A stretch of DNA of 64,000 bases from Bugula neritina (lineage: Eukaryota > Animalia > Bryozoa): NCBI GenBank assembly GCA_964035545.1, contig OZ037769.1, forward strand, positions 8,599,929 to 8,663,928, written 5' to 3'. The notes under the pieces are model-generated. The model was given only the letters and a program-made list of their open reading frames with translations. It was not told the origin of the DNA and did no database searches. Shown here one piece after another: positions 24,560-36,400 of this stretch; positions within the stretch are counted from its first letter, which is position 1; the number at the start of each line of letters is the position of its first letter. Made by a program: the position numbers and the translations under genes.

Positions 24560-25400
24560 TGAAAATGTCAACTGAGAAATTAATTATATTGACTTCGACA
24601 AGTTATTGAATTGAATCATAATAACCATTTCTATTTTCAAACGAACTTAAGTATAAATGAAGTCATTATGATAACTTTTCACCTAAATCATCACTCCTAA
24701 TGATTAAATGAGTAAGAGAGTATGACTATCAAGATCATTATCATAATTATTATTAAATCTAATATCATTAGTATTCATTAAATAAACTAAAATATAATCA
24801 TAGTAGAAATTATCTCATATTCATATTACTATCCCATCAGTCAAACTCAATCAAAATAAATAAGCATAACTCAAAGTTAATATTATATTAATAATATTAA
24901 TATGAATATTTCTATAGTCTCAGTTTGTAATAGTAGCCTACGCTTATACTCGTAACTTATAGCCATAGATCTAGAATTTACCAATATTCTTACTTCAACT
25001 TTCAAGACCATTAAATGGATGAGAAAATAGCTATCATAATCCATAATTAACATAATGATAATGATAATTATGACTGATACTCATACTAAACTTAAATTAT
25101 AATGATTATGATACTTATAGTTATAGTTATACTTATACTTATAGTTATTACTTATTAATATTCTTTTGAGTTGTTATTATCAACTTTGAGCTTGAGTAAC
25201 AGTGTTTAATTCTAAGTTAAATTTACTTTTAATTTTAGTCTTACTTACTTCAACTTTAAGTTTAAGTATTAGTAATATTTACTTTTAGTAAAAAAAGCTT
25301 AGTCTAAGTCTTAGTTTTACTCTAACTTTTACTTTTAGTTTTATTTTAGCACCTTTGCCTTAAGCTTTTAATATAACTCAAAACTAAAACATCAAATAAA
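24560..25400. repeat. Second degenerate 6-bp-periodic tract
   Basis: CTTATA GTTATA GTTATA CTTATA CTTATA GTTATT ... GTCTAA GTCTTA GTTTTA CTCTAA CTTTTA CTTTTA GTTTTA. Confidence 0.7.
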
Positions 25401-26220
25401 CAAAAATTTCAACAAAAATTATGCAAATCGAAATAAGTCCTCTTAGCAAGCACAACTGTCTTATTTATTTTATTGCAACTAGAAGTTTACATTTGAAGAA
25501 AAATCACAGAGTTGAACAGAATCTAATTTTTATCGGAATTTAGGCTATAATAAACTTGACCGGCCTAGCGTATGACCAAAAATTTAAACCTTTACAATTT
25601 TATTAATAATAAACATTTTACTAATTATTTCAAAAAATAAAAATATTTTAAAATTGTTTTTAGTATAGTTTACTGACTTTTCATAGTGCTTCTAATAACT
25701 ATTTTTGCAATTTAAAGGAGACAACTCTTTGTAAATACTAAAACTTGCCGATTTCTGTTCAATTAAAATGCGCTGTCTCAGGTTTCTCTGCAAATCAAGA
25801 TTAATGAGATATTATTTTGAAGCAGGACAGGAAAGGTCAATGCATGCAATATTTCCAACAATTGGCACAAGGTGATCAAAGCTTATATAGATATAATGCT
25901 CAGCAATAATATTCGGTGATTGAGCACTTTAACCATGGTCACAAACCCAAACTGCTAGCATTTTGCAAAGCTCATCACTCTTATGTGGCCTCTAAAATCA
26001 CTTGAGCACTCTAGCTTGAGTTTACATATGCATTAGTAGAAATATAAGTTTCTACTATTGCTAAGGTGTGGACCATGGTGCTCTGTTCTGTTCTGGATAT
26101 ATATATATATATATATGAAGATCTAAGTTTATTTTTATATCCAAAATTGTATCAATACCAAATATAAATACTCTATTTTTCGAAATATTGAGTTCTTTTG
26201 ATTCATTTTTAATTATAAAA

Positions 26221-26225
<5 letters not shown>

Positions 26226-26286
<61 letters not shown>
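26226..26286. repeat. (TA)n microsatellite (others at 26097-26116, 28101-28125, 28313-28367)
   Basis: Directly visible. Confidence 0.95.
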
Positions 26287-26289
<3 letters not shown>

Positions 26290-28100
26290 GGTTGTAGTGG
26301 TAAAAATATTCTTGGCCATACTCTCAGGCCGGGGGGGGGTCCAGGGGGCCGCCCAGGCCCCCGGCGGGGTCCGGGGCAGCGCCCCAGCCACCGAAGCCCT
26401 CAGAGCACTTCTGATGCAAATTTATGCAATTTAAAGCCATTGTGAATTATAATTCTTCTGAAAAAAATCTGTGTTGAAATGTGCACCTCGCTATTATTTT
26501 CATACCATACCAGCTACATGACGACTGGGCATTGCTGCAAACTATATAAATATTCAGTCTTGTCCCATACCTGTTGACTGTAATGTAATGTAATTAGTCT
26601 TACTCAACTGCAGTTAGGTTTATTCTGACACTAAGTCCAACCTGTACAGAAAAATTGCTGAATATCTCAAAAAGATGGAAGGATAGAGGCAGGTAACAAG
26701 TGCTCTCCAAATGCAACCTGATTACTTTAAATAACTAATACAGTGCTGTGCACAGAAAAAGAATAATAGATCAGAACAGAGGAAGATTGCTAATCAGAAA
26801 ATGTGTGTTGGTTAATTATAAAGAGCAATTTGAGTTGATAACTCATTGGCAAGCAGAAATTGGTTGAAAACCTATTTGGAGTTTATTAGAGTACTAGTCT
26901 AATCCATAAGGTGATACCGCCACACCTCCTTACACACAATATAAAGCACACCCAAGAAAAGTATGTTAACTTGGTTTTAAAATAAAACCCCTGAGCTTCC
27001 ACTAGATACATCAAGGAAATATACCCCAAAAGAACAAATTTGACAGGTTTAATATGTGTTAACCTAGAAGAGGATTAAATGTAAAGCCAGGCGTTAGTAC
27101 AATCAAACATAAAAGGTTACTTATGGTGGTGTACAGTTTGCAAAACCTTATTGCATTGATAATTAACATGCAATAATGCTAGGTTTTTGACCAAAATGTG
27201 GATATAGTACCTGTAGACCTCAGTGAGAAATTTTCATTAGCCTCTCCTACACACCTGGTACTGTTTCTTGAAGACATTTTGATTTTATTTCTGGATTTCA
27301 TGTTGGTTATTTCCAAATTCCATTGCTTATTGACAAAATGCAAGTTCACACATGATAGATAAGGGCCACCTTCTAGCTGTCACTGCCTTGCTGAGGCCAC
27401 ATTATTAGTATATTATAAGAATTCAGTCCTGCCAAATAAAACCTCACTTAATTGTGCTAGAATTAAAATTTAAAAACCATGTTTTAGATCTTCCTGTTCC
27501 TCAGAGCACCTGTTTTTTGAGTTTTCAATATTTTTTTGCAAAGTTATCGACAAAAATCTACCCATTTTTGGCCAATTTTACCTGAAAAATTTATTTTTCA
27601 GTCCCTGCCAAATATCTCAGCAGGAAAGCATGGTATTTGAATAGAACAAACACTGTCGGAAACCTGAGAAATTTATGCATGGTAAATTTTTTGTTCAATC
27701 TTGTCAATAGCCTTCATAGATTTTCTACAAGTTAGTGATTTATACACTGAAAATGAAAGATTTTTTCCTTAGTAATCACCAATGCACAGCACTTCGCGCT
27801 TCAGTGAACACGTAGAGATAAGAAGATGCAATGTTGATAGCTGCATAGTATTCATAGTGTAATCTCAGGCTAAACAATCACAAGTAGGCAACACGCATGC
27901 CACCCACATAGCATTAACATAACAAGAACTTAAATTAGATTGTTAGCGAAATTTATGATATTCTCAGTGAGGATGCCCAAACTATCCTGTGCACTAATCA
28001 TCTTTCAAAAATATGCCCATACGGGCGTATGGCCTAGAACAGTCTATTTTCTTCTAGGCCATACGGCGTATGGGACCGTATGGGTACCACTACATCCCTG
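26287..28100. mobile_element. Non-autonomous hAT-like DNA transposon inserted in (TA)n
   Basis: 16-bp TIR CAGGGTTGTAGTGGTA / TACCACTACATCCCTG (1 mismatch). GC-rich subterminal block at 26328-26400 and CCATAC..GTATGG subterminal palindromes. (TA)n lies on both sides, so TSD length cannot be read. Confidence 0.8.
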
Positions 28101-28184
28101 TATATATATATATATATATATATATTCTTTGTGTCATGCATAACGTCTAACGTAACGTAATAATTTTTGAATTTCATTCATTGC

Positions 28185-28224
28185 TACTCTGAAGATGGGT
28201 ACAGTGGTACCCGAAATATCAGTA
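28185..28224 (+). ncRNA. Minimal type I hammerhead ribozyme motif (Penelope-like element remnant)
   Basis: TACT-CTGAAGA-T-GGGTAC(AGTG)GTACCC-GAAA-TA-TC-AGTA: core boxes CUGANGA and GAAA, 6-bp stem II, 4-bp stem I, vestigial palindromic stem III, AUC cleavage triplet. Confidence 0.65.
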
Positions 28225-28307
28225 TAATTACTTTACCTAATAAAGTAATAAATCAACAATGTTTCTCGTATACCTATTTATAATCAAATTACTAGCTCGT
28301 AAAGATA

Positions 28308-28368
<61 letters not shown>

Positions 28369-29269
28369 CTGTAATGTGAGTTTGTTAAACAGCAGATAAA
28401 AGAGTGCTCGAATTATTATATGTACAATGACGAGCACATATTTTATTAAGAAAAAAGAGCAATTTAATTAGATGTTTTTTTATTGTGCTACTATTAGTTG
28501 CATGCCTCTTCAGCACTCCTCAGCACAATATTAAATTCAAATTTTTACATTAAGAAAATCAACATGCTAAACACAACGTAAAACATAAAGCAAACATAGC
28601 AGTGGCTTTGGTGTTATATAGGTTTGTAAGTGTTATTAAATATATAAAAAAATATAATGTAAAAACATAATTTGTAGCCGATGAAGGATCCATGGCACTG
28701 TAGAACCGAGTGATGTACGTTTGATTTTGCCTTTCTCTGCTATCTGTAGTGGCACAAACTGTACAGCTAAAACATGAATTTTGCTGTAGGTCTGAAAGAG
28801 TATCTTTATTTATTTGTAATATTAAATAGATAAAGATCAGGTGTAACAAAATACGCAAAGTTTCAATATATTTGTTGTGTCTCACCCAGTGGCCCATTGT
28901 ACCTCGGTACCGAGGCGCAATGGGCCAATTTTTTCGTCATATAAATTTCATTATTCTGAAAGTTGTGAGAGAGATAGAAACAACAAACTGGTACCTGTAT
29001 AATAGACAACAGGTGCAGCATTAAGACTAGATATTATTGAACTAGTAACCTGAAAAACAGACGAATGAGAGTAACAAATGCAAATTTCGGCCTGTTGTGC
29101 CCCCCCCCCCCCCCCCGTTGCCCTTACCAAAAGGTATAAAATGAGTTTTATCACCATAAACTCATGACTCAGAACCGATAACTACCTTATTCTGGGTTTG
29201 TTTATTATGCAGAGCATAGACTCAGTTATACTCTTCATTGAATAGTTTTGTGCTAGATGATTGAAGATG

Positions 29270-29580
29270 CTGCCAGGACTATTTAAAGCTACTTTGGGTG
29301 GTCCTAACACTGATCAAGAGCTTTTTCAGCCTGGTATTACCCGATCTCAGAGGAAAGGCATGGCCAATACGTCTGTGGGTATTTTCAGGTGCAGGGGACT
29401 GTCAAAAGTACAAGCAGCGCTGAGTACAATTGCCTAGTGGGATCTCAGCTTCATTTGGTAGATGGCCGTTGGCTTTCAAAAAGCTCGTCCGCCCTGAGAC
29501 ACCTACCCCCCTTCATGTAAACAGGTGGTACTGAATTTCATCGTACCAGTAGCAGGTAAATAAGCCTGACCTGACCTGAA
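29270..29580 (+). mobile_element. Probable 3' end of a non-LTR retroelement or SINE
   Basis: GC-richer island ending TAAATAAG(CCTGA)3, a short tandem tail typical of LINE/SINE 3' ends. Family not recognised. Confidence 0.4.
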
Positions 29581-30091
29581 GTTAATTCTTAAACAATGCA
29601 GGTTTTATTAGCCTGTTCATGGTTTCAAGTTTTATTTAAATACCGACTTAGATGTTGATTCAATATGTGTAATCACCCTTACATGGTTAAAAAGTTGAAA
29701 TTATAGTCACAGCTGTATCATCAAAAATAATACTTTCACGCAAAAAGAATACCTACATGTCAACAAGTACAACATCAGAAAATAATCCAATAAAATCAGA
29801 TTGAGTCAATAATAACTAATTTTAAAATCTGAATATTATACATTCAACATATACAATAAAAGCAATTATAAAAAAGTGCATTCCATAGTTTAATATTTTA
29901 AAAGACCTAATATAATATTCATTGTATTCAAAATTTGTACTGGTAAAGCCCTCAGAGTAATTTTTTAACATTAAGTTTCAAAGCTAACACAATCTTACTC
30001 TAATAGGTAATTTGTAAATTTTAGACTTTAATATATCATATTAAAGCTTTGACAGAAGGTGGGTTTCGAAAAGGCTGTTATTCAAACTCAT

Positions 30092-30180
30092 ACTTACACA
30101 AACTTACACACACTTACACACACTTACACAAACTTACACACACTTACACACACTTACACTTACACACACTTACACACACA
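30092..30180. repeat. 10-bp tandem repeat (CTTACACACA)n overlapping the IFI27-like stop codon
   Basis: Directly visible, about 8-9 copies. Confidence 0.9.
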
Positions 30181-31732
30181 CTCATAACCAAACATATCAG
30201 TCAGCACTTTAGCTGCAGCTAATCCAACCGTTGCTACAGCAGCTGAAAATCCATAAAAAGCTAATCCAGTAAAACCGGCTGCTCCTGCAATTCCAATATA
30301 AATAATTAATTCTACAAATTCTGTCCTACGTAGTTATGAAGTTATATTTGAGATTTATCTAGTATGGTTGGAGATTATATAGTTACTCAATAAAGATAAC
30401 TTTATTGTGTGACATCATATGCATGGAACATGCTGGTTAATAATATAATAATTTTAAATTATTAATCTGTAGCATTTCTAAACAACTCCTCAACATGCAG
30501 CTTCATGATAGGATGCAACAAAAACAGTTTTCTATGTACATTAATTCTATTTTTTCTTTTATATTTAATATGTATTATATAACAAATTTGGCTTTGAATT
30601 TATATATAGTTAACACACCAATTGATTGTAAGGCAGCAAAAACACTTCCATGCAGCTGCCACAGCGCCAATTTGTGCTTGAATAGCAGCAGCAAATGATC
30701 CAGCAACCACACCTCCGGGTCCAAATCCAACAGCAGCTAAAATATAAAATAATATAATCAGAGGATACTAAGTAGTATGATTTACAAGCAAATCTTAGAC
30801 TCCTTTACCTCCAGATTACGAGCCTCAATTGTTTAAAAATAAACTTTGTGGGAACTATAGTTGATATCTGAGCAGATAGTTGTTTCTAAGGCTAATAGTT
30901 AGAGTTACGAGATGATCAAGTATCTAGAAAAGCCTTTAATGACAATGAATTGCTGTTGTAGAACTGCAACAACCAAAGTTATTCGATTATGCAAGATTCC
31001 TGCCATATAAACTTTGCAAAAACTAAACATATTTTACCGTTTTTAGGTCATGATCTCTACTTAAATAGTTGCTTCTGTATTGCATTTTGATAGAAATCAT
31101 GCGTTTTGGTATTGTAGAGTTGTGTCCTTGGACCTTTTATTTCAAGACGAATCAATGAGTAAATAAAAGTTAAACATATAAATGAAATATTTCCTTGCTT
31201 AGATACAACTCTTCAGAACATCGTTCATATAAGTGTGCTATCACTGCAGGAAAAGAATAGTTAAGGAAAAAGCAATATAGATATAATTATACACAACATG
31301 CAGCAGCTATAAGAGAAGATTTCAAATATATAAACAAGGTAAACCATCTCCCCGTAATGTAACTAAAAGAAAGTTCTATAGGTACATAATATAGCAAGTT
31401 GTTTTGATTATTTTTCAACATATAGTCTAATCAAATGTAAATGTGTATTTCTTTTAATTTAAAAATAATATTTGTTAAAATTTATTTATAATATAAATTC
31501 ATAAACTCATACTGTATAATTGCTACATACCAAGAATAGCTGGTCCACCAAATACCATGCCGACTCCAGCTGCCACTATCATACCCATGATTATGGGGAT
31601 TGTTTTCCTTGTCGGAGTACATTTGCAGCAGTGATTACTGTCATAATTATCTGTGCAAACAGCTTCTTGCAATATTAAAATCAGGCTAATAAAAACTAAC
31701 ATTCTCACCCCTTGCAAAAATTTTCCAGCCAT
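30160..31732 (-). pseudogene. IFI6/IFI27 (ISG12)-family membrane protein gene with a frameshift in exon 2 (pseudogene, null allele or sequence error)
   Basis: Exons 31531-31732, 30619-30736, 30160-30284. GPAILAAVGFGPGGVVAGSFAAAIQAQIGAVAA/GSVFAALQSIGAAGFTG is the ISG12 motif, but extra bases (GCAT, about 30650-30653) break the frame. Hydrophobic signal-peptide-like N-terminus. 5' UTR intron with donor near 31818. Confidence 0.8.
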
Positions 31733-33452
31733 CTTTGGCTTCTAATAAGACTCTAAAAGTGAGTTATAAGAATACAGGTCTGTATGGCTCCACCGATATT
31801 AGAAATTTACACGTGATACCTGAGGCTTCGTAAATTTACTTTGAATGTTAAAATATTTACCATGTCCATGATATGCATTGCTAAACCAAACAGTATAATG
31901 ATGTTAGTTCAAACAAACCATGCTCTTTTTTGTTGGATTTTGAAAGTAAAAAAAGGACTTTACAGTATAGCAATTTCAATGACAACTACCGCCTTTTTGA
32001 GTAAGTATTATAATACAATGTAGATTTACATGTATGCTATTCTATTCCAAACTGAAATTATGCATATTTAAACCAAGTTTCCAGCTTGCCCATCTGCACC
32101 ATCTCTGGTAGATTATAACATAATGCCACAGCTTTTGTTCACTTTTATAGCCTCTTTCACATTAGTATCTACCTGTTCTGCAGTATGAATATGACAACCA
32201 ATGATCCAAGAGTTAAAATGATATGTTATACGAAGTTTTATAACCACCACCAATCTGGTATATATTTGCATTAACTCTTTAGTAGGGACATACACTGGCT
32301 GGGTTTTGTATGGTTTGGTGACACTATTATCTGATTGGCTGGGTAATTTGTACACCTATTTAAATAATAAGCATGTTACGATAATTTTGTACATACTGTT
32401 CTTTTCCAAGTATATATTATGTTGACATATCTGAGTCAGATTATATAGGTCTTTTGTGCAACAAATAGAATTCTAGAAAATTGAGAGATTTTAAACTTTT
32501 CAACCTTGGCCATGATGACATTTTGACACAGTAGTTAGGAGGTGCCACCTTAGTTTGACCTCATGGTGATTTAAGTGTATAAAAAATAACTTTGCATTCT
32601 CAATTCATTGTTTTCATCATTTGACATTATTCTAAAAAGAATTAAACTGTATCTTTTTAGCCCAAATCATTTGAGTACAAAAATATTTACCAAGCTGTTC
32701 TTGCTTTGGGTTGTAGAACGGCTTCTAGAAAATAAAGTTCCTGCTTTTACATTACAACATCCCTTTTAAATCTCTAATAATACCATAGATGTGCTACTTT
32801 TCCATAATGTGCATTGAGCAGTCATTTACTGTAAATACTGGATGGAGCAGACAAACATTGTAAATTACACTAACTTTGATTAGCTTTAAAACACATTGAG
32901 TTATGTGCATTATGAACATTCAGTTTTATTCATAAAAATATCAATTAATAGCATAAATAAATATAACAGTAATATAACATATAATATGTATACTTTTACA
33001 AAAATATAGAGTTGAGCATTAAAACATCTGCAAGATCATACAGACTATAAAGAAATGTATAACTTGTAACAGGAAATTTGCAATAGACTTGTACACTAAA
33101 TCACAGCATTGCTTTGCTCCAGCCATGTGTATAGTAACTTTGTTACGCTTATTGATTATAGCTCAACCTTTAATTCGTCCATTACCAAAAATAAACATGA
33201 TACCATACAGAAACAAGATAGTATAATATATTGCTAGTGTAATTCTATGTTTGCCGTTAAATTCTCAATGACTTATAAAATAATTTTTTTAGGTAACGAA
33301 GAATTTACATATGTATAATGTAAACATACTAATACTTCAGCAAAAGTTAAATGCAGGAGTTTATTGTCTTCACATGGATCCTAATACACACTGCAGGATG
33401 AGGTATATAGTTGAGGAGTATTAGTAGAAGTTGTCTGTTCTCATCACCATTC

Positions 33453-36400
33453 TCAAACCTGTATCAGCAGCAAACTAAATGGTAGTGTGTTTAATCAAAG
33501 AATTCAACATTAATTCAATACGCAAATCTCAAATAGCTTTTTATAAGTTTGGCATCAATGTAAGTTTCTATTCAGACAATTTATTTTCACTACATTTTTT
33601 CTTGCGAGAATATAACAGAAGACACCACTATTCTCACCTTTGACTCACTCAGTGGTTCCTGGAGAAGAGTTAGCACAGCGTTAGGAGTGACAGGCTTAGC
33701 TAGCTGTTGACCTTGACTCTGTACAGACCCTGAACTGCTTGAAGAGGGGGACGGATTGTTAGAGCGAGTGATTAATCCTACATTAGAAAAAAATAATATT
33801 AACACCTATAAAAGGAAAGAGTAATATGAACTTATTATTTACAAATAGAAGTGAATAGATCATGTGTCACAGATACAAAAAATAAATGTCAGGAAAATTT
33901 AAACTCGTTGGTATTTTCAATATCTTTGGAATTTATAAAAATGATAGTGTAATTCTGTGTTATAAAACACTTATTATTTCTAATTACATAACAAAAGGCA
34001 AATAAACGATTTACCATTTGACGGTGAGGAGGATCGAATGACTGGTTGGTTGACATCCAATAGCTTTGGACTGTGAATATCACTCTGACTACGACTACGA
34101 CTGTGATTGGAAGGAGCTGGTGAAGTGCGAGATGATTTGACAGAGGAACTGTGTGAATGACTAGAGTGTGCAGATAGTGGAGCCTTAGACTTGCTAGTAG
34201 CGCTAGTCTTTCTGGCAAAGAAGAACGGAGACTTTCCTGAGTCACACGCTCCAGACTCTGGCATAGATTTCATCTGAATTGCTACAAAATAAAATAATAA
34301 TTTTGCACAACTTGATATGAACTAACAAATGTCAAAGATATCAAACAAAGGAGTACAAATTATTACAATGGTTAGTGAGACAGAAATTTCAACAAATAAG
34401 GTCAAAGTCTATTCGAATGAACTTAAACTACACGTTATAGGTACTTGCTAAATTTGTTACATAAAAAGATCAATTGAACAGTGAAGCTAAAGTATCGTTT
34501 CAACTTCACATTTGATCGATCTAATGAGTTGTGTTATGATACTATGCAAATTGATATATTGCTATACATGGTTAAATAACAAATATACAAAAGCAAAAAC
34601 TATTAAAACAATAACAGCATTGAAACGTCTGTGTGTTTTACATGTGACCGTAACAAAATTTGAAAGTCTCAAATCAAATCAAAACTAATGCCGTGAGGGA
34701 GAGTATCATTTTGCCTACCTAGTCTTGTATAGCAGCTCATCTAAGGACGATAACATAAAGCATTTTATAGAATACTGAGCTCCTTGCACATAATAAACAC
34801 TGATATAATATTATAAAACTGATGAAATTTCTAGCTATACAAGGAAGTGTCGTTTACAGCATGCATGATGGTGCTTCACAAAGATGAAACTAGTTAATGC
34901 ATGAATTCCTTGAACACAAAAGCATTAGCAAATACAGAATACATATCTAGCATAAGTATTACGACTATTATGTTATATACACCCACGTATAAATCTAGTA
35001 GAATATATCTATCTACCTTTCTGAGCCAACCCGGTGTTGATTGTTCTATCTTGAATGTTATCTTCACTCTGCTTTAGATCAAGACTTGGCTTGCTGCCAA
35101 TTCCCATGAAGGACAACTCTGTCAGACGACTTTCTCGGTTCTTTAGAGCTTGATTCCACAAGATTTTTTCAAACGTGCTCACCCATTTGTTCTTACTCTG
35201 AGAACAGGGTGCCTGCAAAGTCCAATTTTCTCTCGACCTTTTCCGAAACCAAATTTGAAACTTGGTCCCACTTCCACCAACATTCTCAGTCAATCCCAAG
35301 TCTACTGTCTAAAATCAAAGTAAATACACTCATATATATAACATACATAAACAGATAAGTTAATACAACTATTTATGTGCTGCAGTGTAAACTAAATACT
35401 GCAACAATTAGTTTAGGAAAAACCAATATTTTGAGTTGTCCGCTCTTAATTTGTACAGCCAACATAACTTGACTCAAAGGAAATATAGTTTTTCAAGTTA
35501 TTTTTCTCTATATAACATAATTATGAAACTTTCTCTTTATCAAAATATATTACGCTTTTACCAAGCATATTTGGTAACTTTATAATAGGCAATATGGATT
35601 ACATAACAATTAGTAAGTTGTGGGAGAGTTATCTGCCCTCTCATTTTGAATATTGCAATAATCAATCCTTACTTTAATCACATCACTTAATCTTTGCCAC
35701 AATGTTAGTACGATTTGTATTATAAACCTAGAAACCTGCAAATAGAACAGCAGGTTCCTCGATGCTAAATGCTAATCGCTAAGCCATTATCATGAGGCTG
35801 CCTTTGATATTGATTAGATTAGTTATCTAATAGCTTTTCAACTCAGCATAAGCAACCAACAAAAGGATCAAAGTCCAAATATTCTCCAAGTAAATACACC
35901 TAAATATTATTACATGATTGTCTGAAGCAGCAGCAATGTTACAGGTAGAGTTTTACTCAAAGTGAAAGATGCACCATAATATTGTTTTGCTCACCTTCAA
36001 GCTTGTTTTATAAGTGTATTCGTCAGTTGCAGCTCCTAACCTCTTTGATTTAGCAAACACAAGCAAATCATCAAAAAGAAACAGATGCCTCTTAACAGCT
36101 TTGTTTTTTCCTTTTTGTAAAAGCAGTTCTCCTTGAAGCAAGAGGGTGCCTTGCTCTTGCAGGTTCACGTCACAGTCCTAGTGGCAAAAGATATAGTAAG
36201 TTTACACTAGTTTTACCAACTGTGTCTGTAGACTATACTTTCCATTTGCTAGAAGATGTTTTACTTTAATGCTTTTAACTCAACAATTGCTTTACAAAAA
36301 ATATCTTTTGAATTACAAGTGCATATTGTGATTGTTTCTACTTTAAGTATTCAGTACCCACCTTGAGTGCATCCATAGCAAGAAGGTCATTGCCATGCTG

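Noticed and set aside
26188-28437. YIYIYI-containing ORFs
   Set aside because: (TA)n translations.
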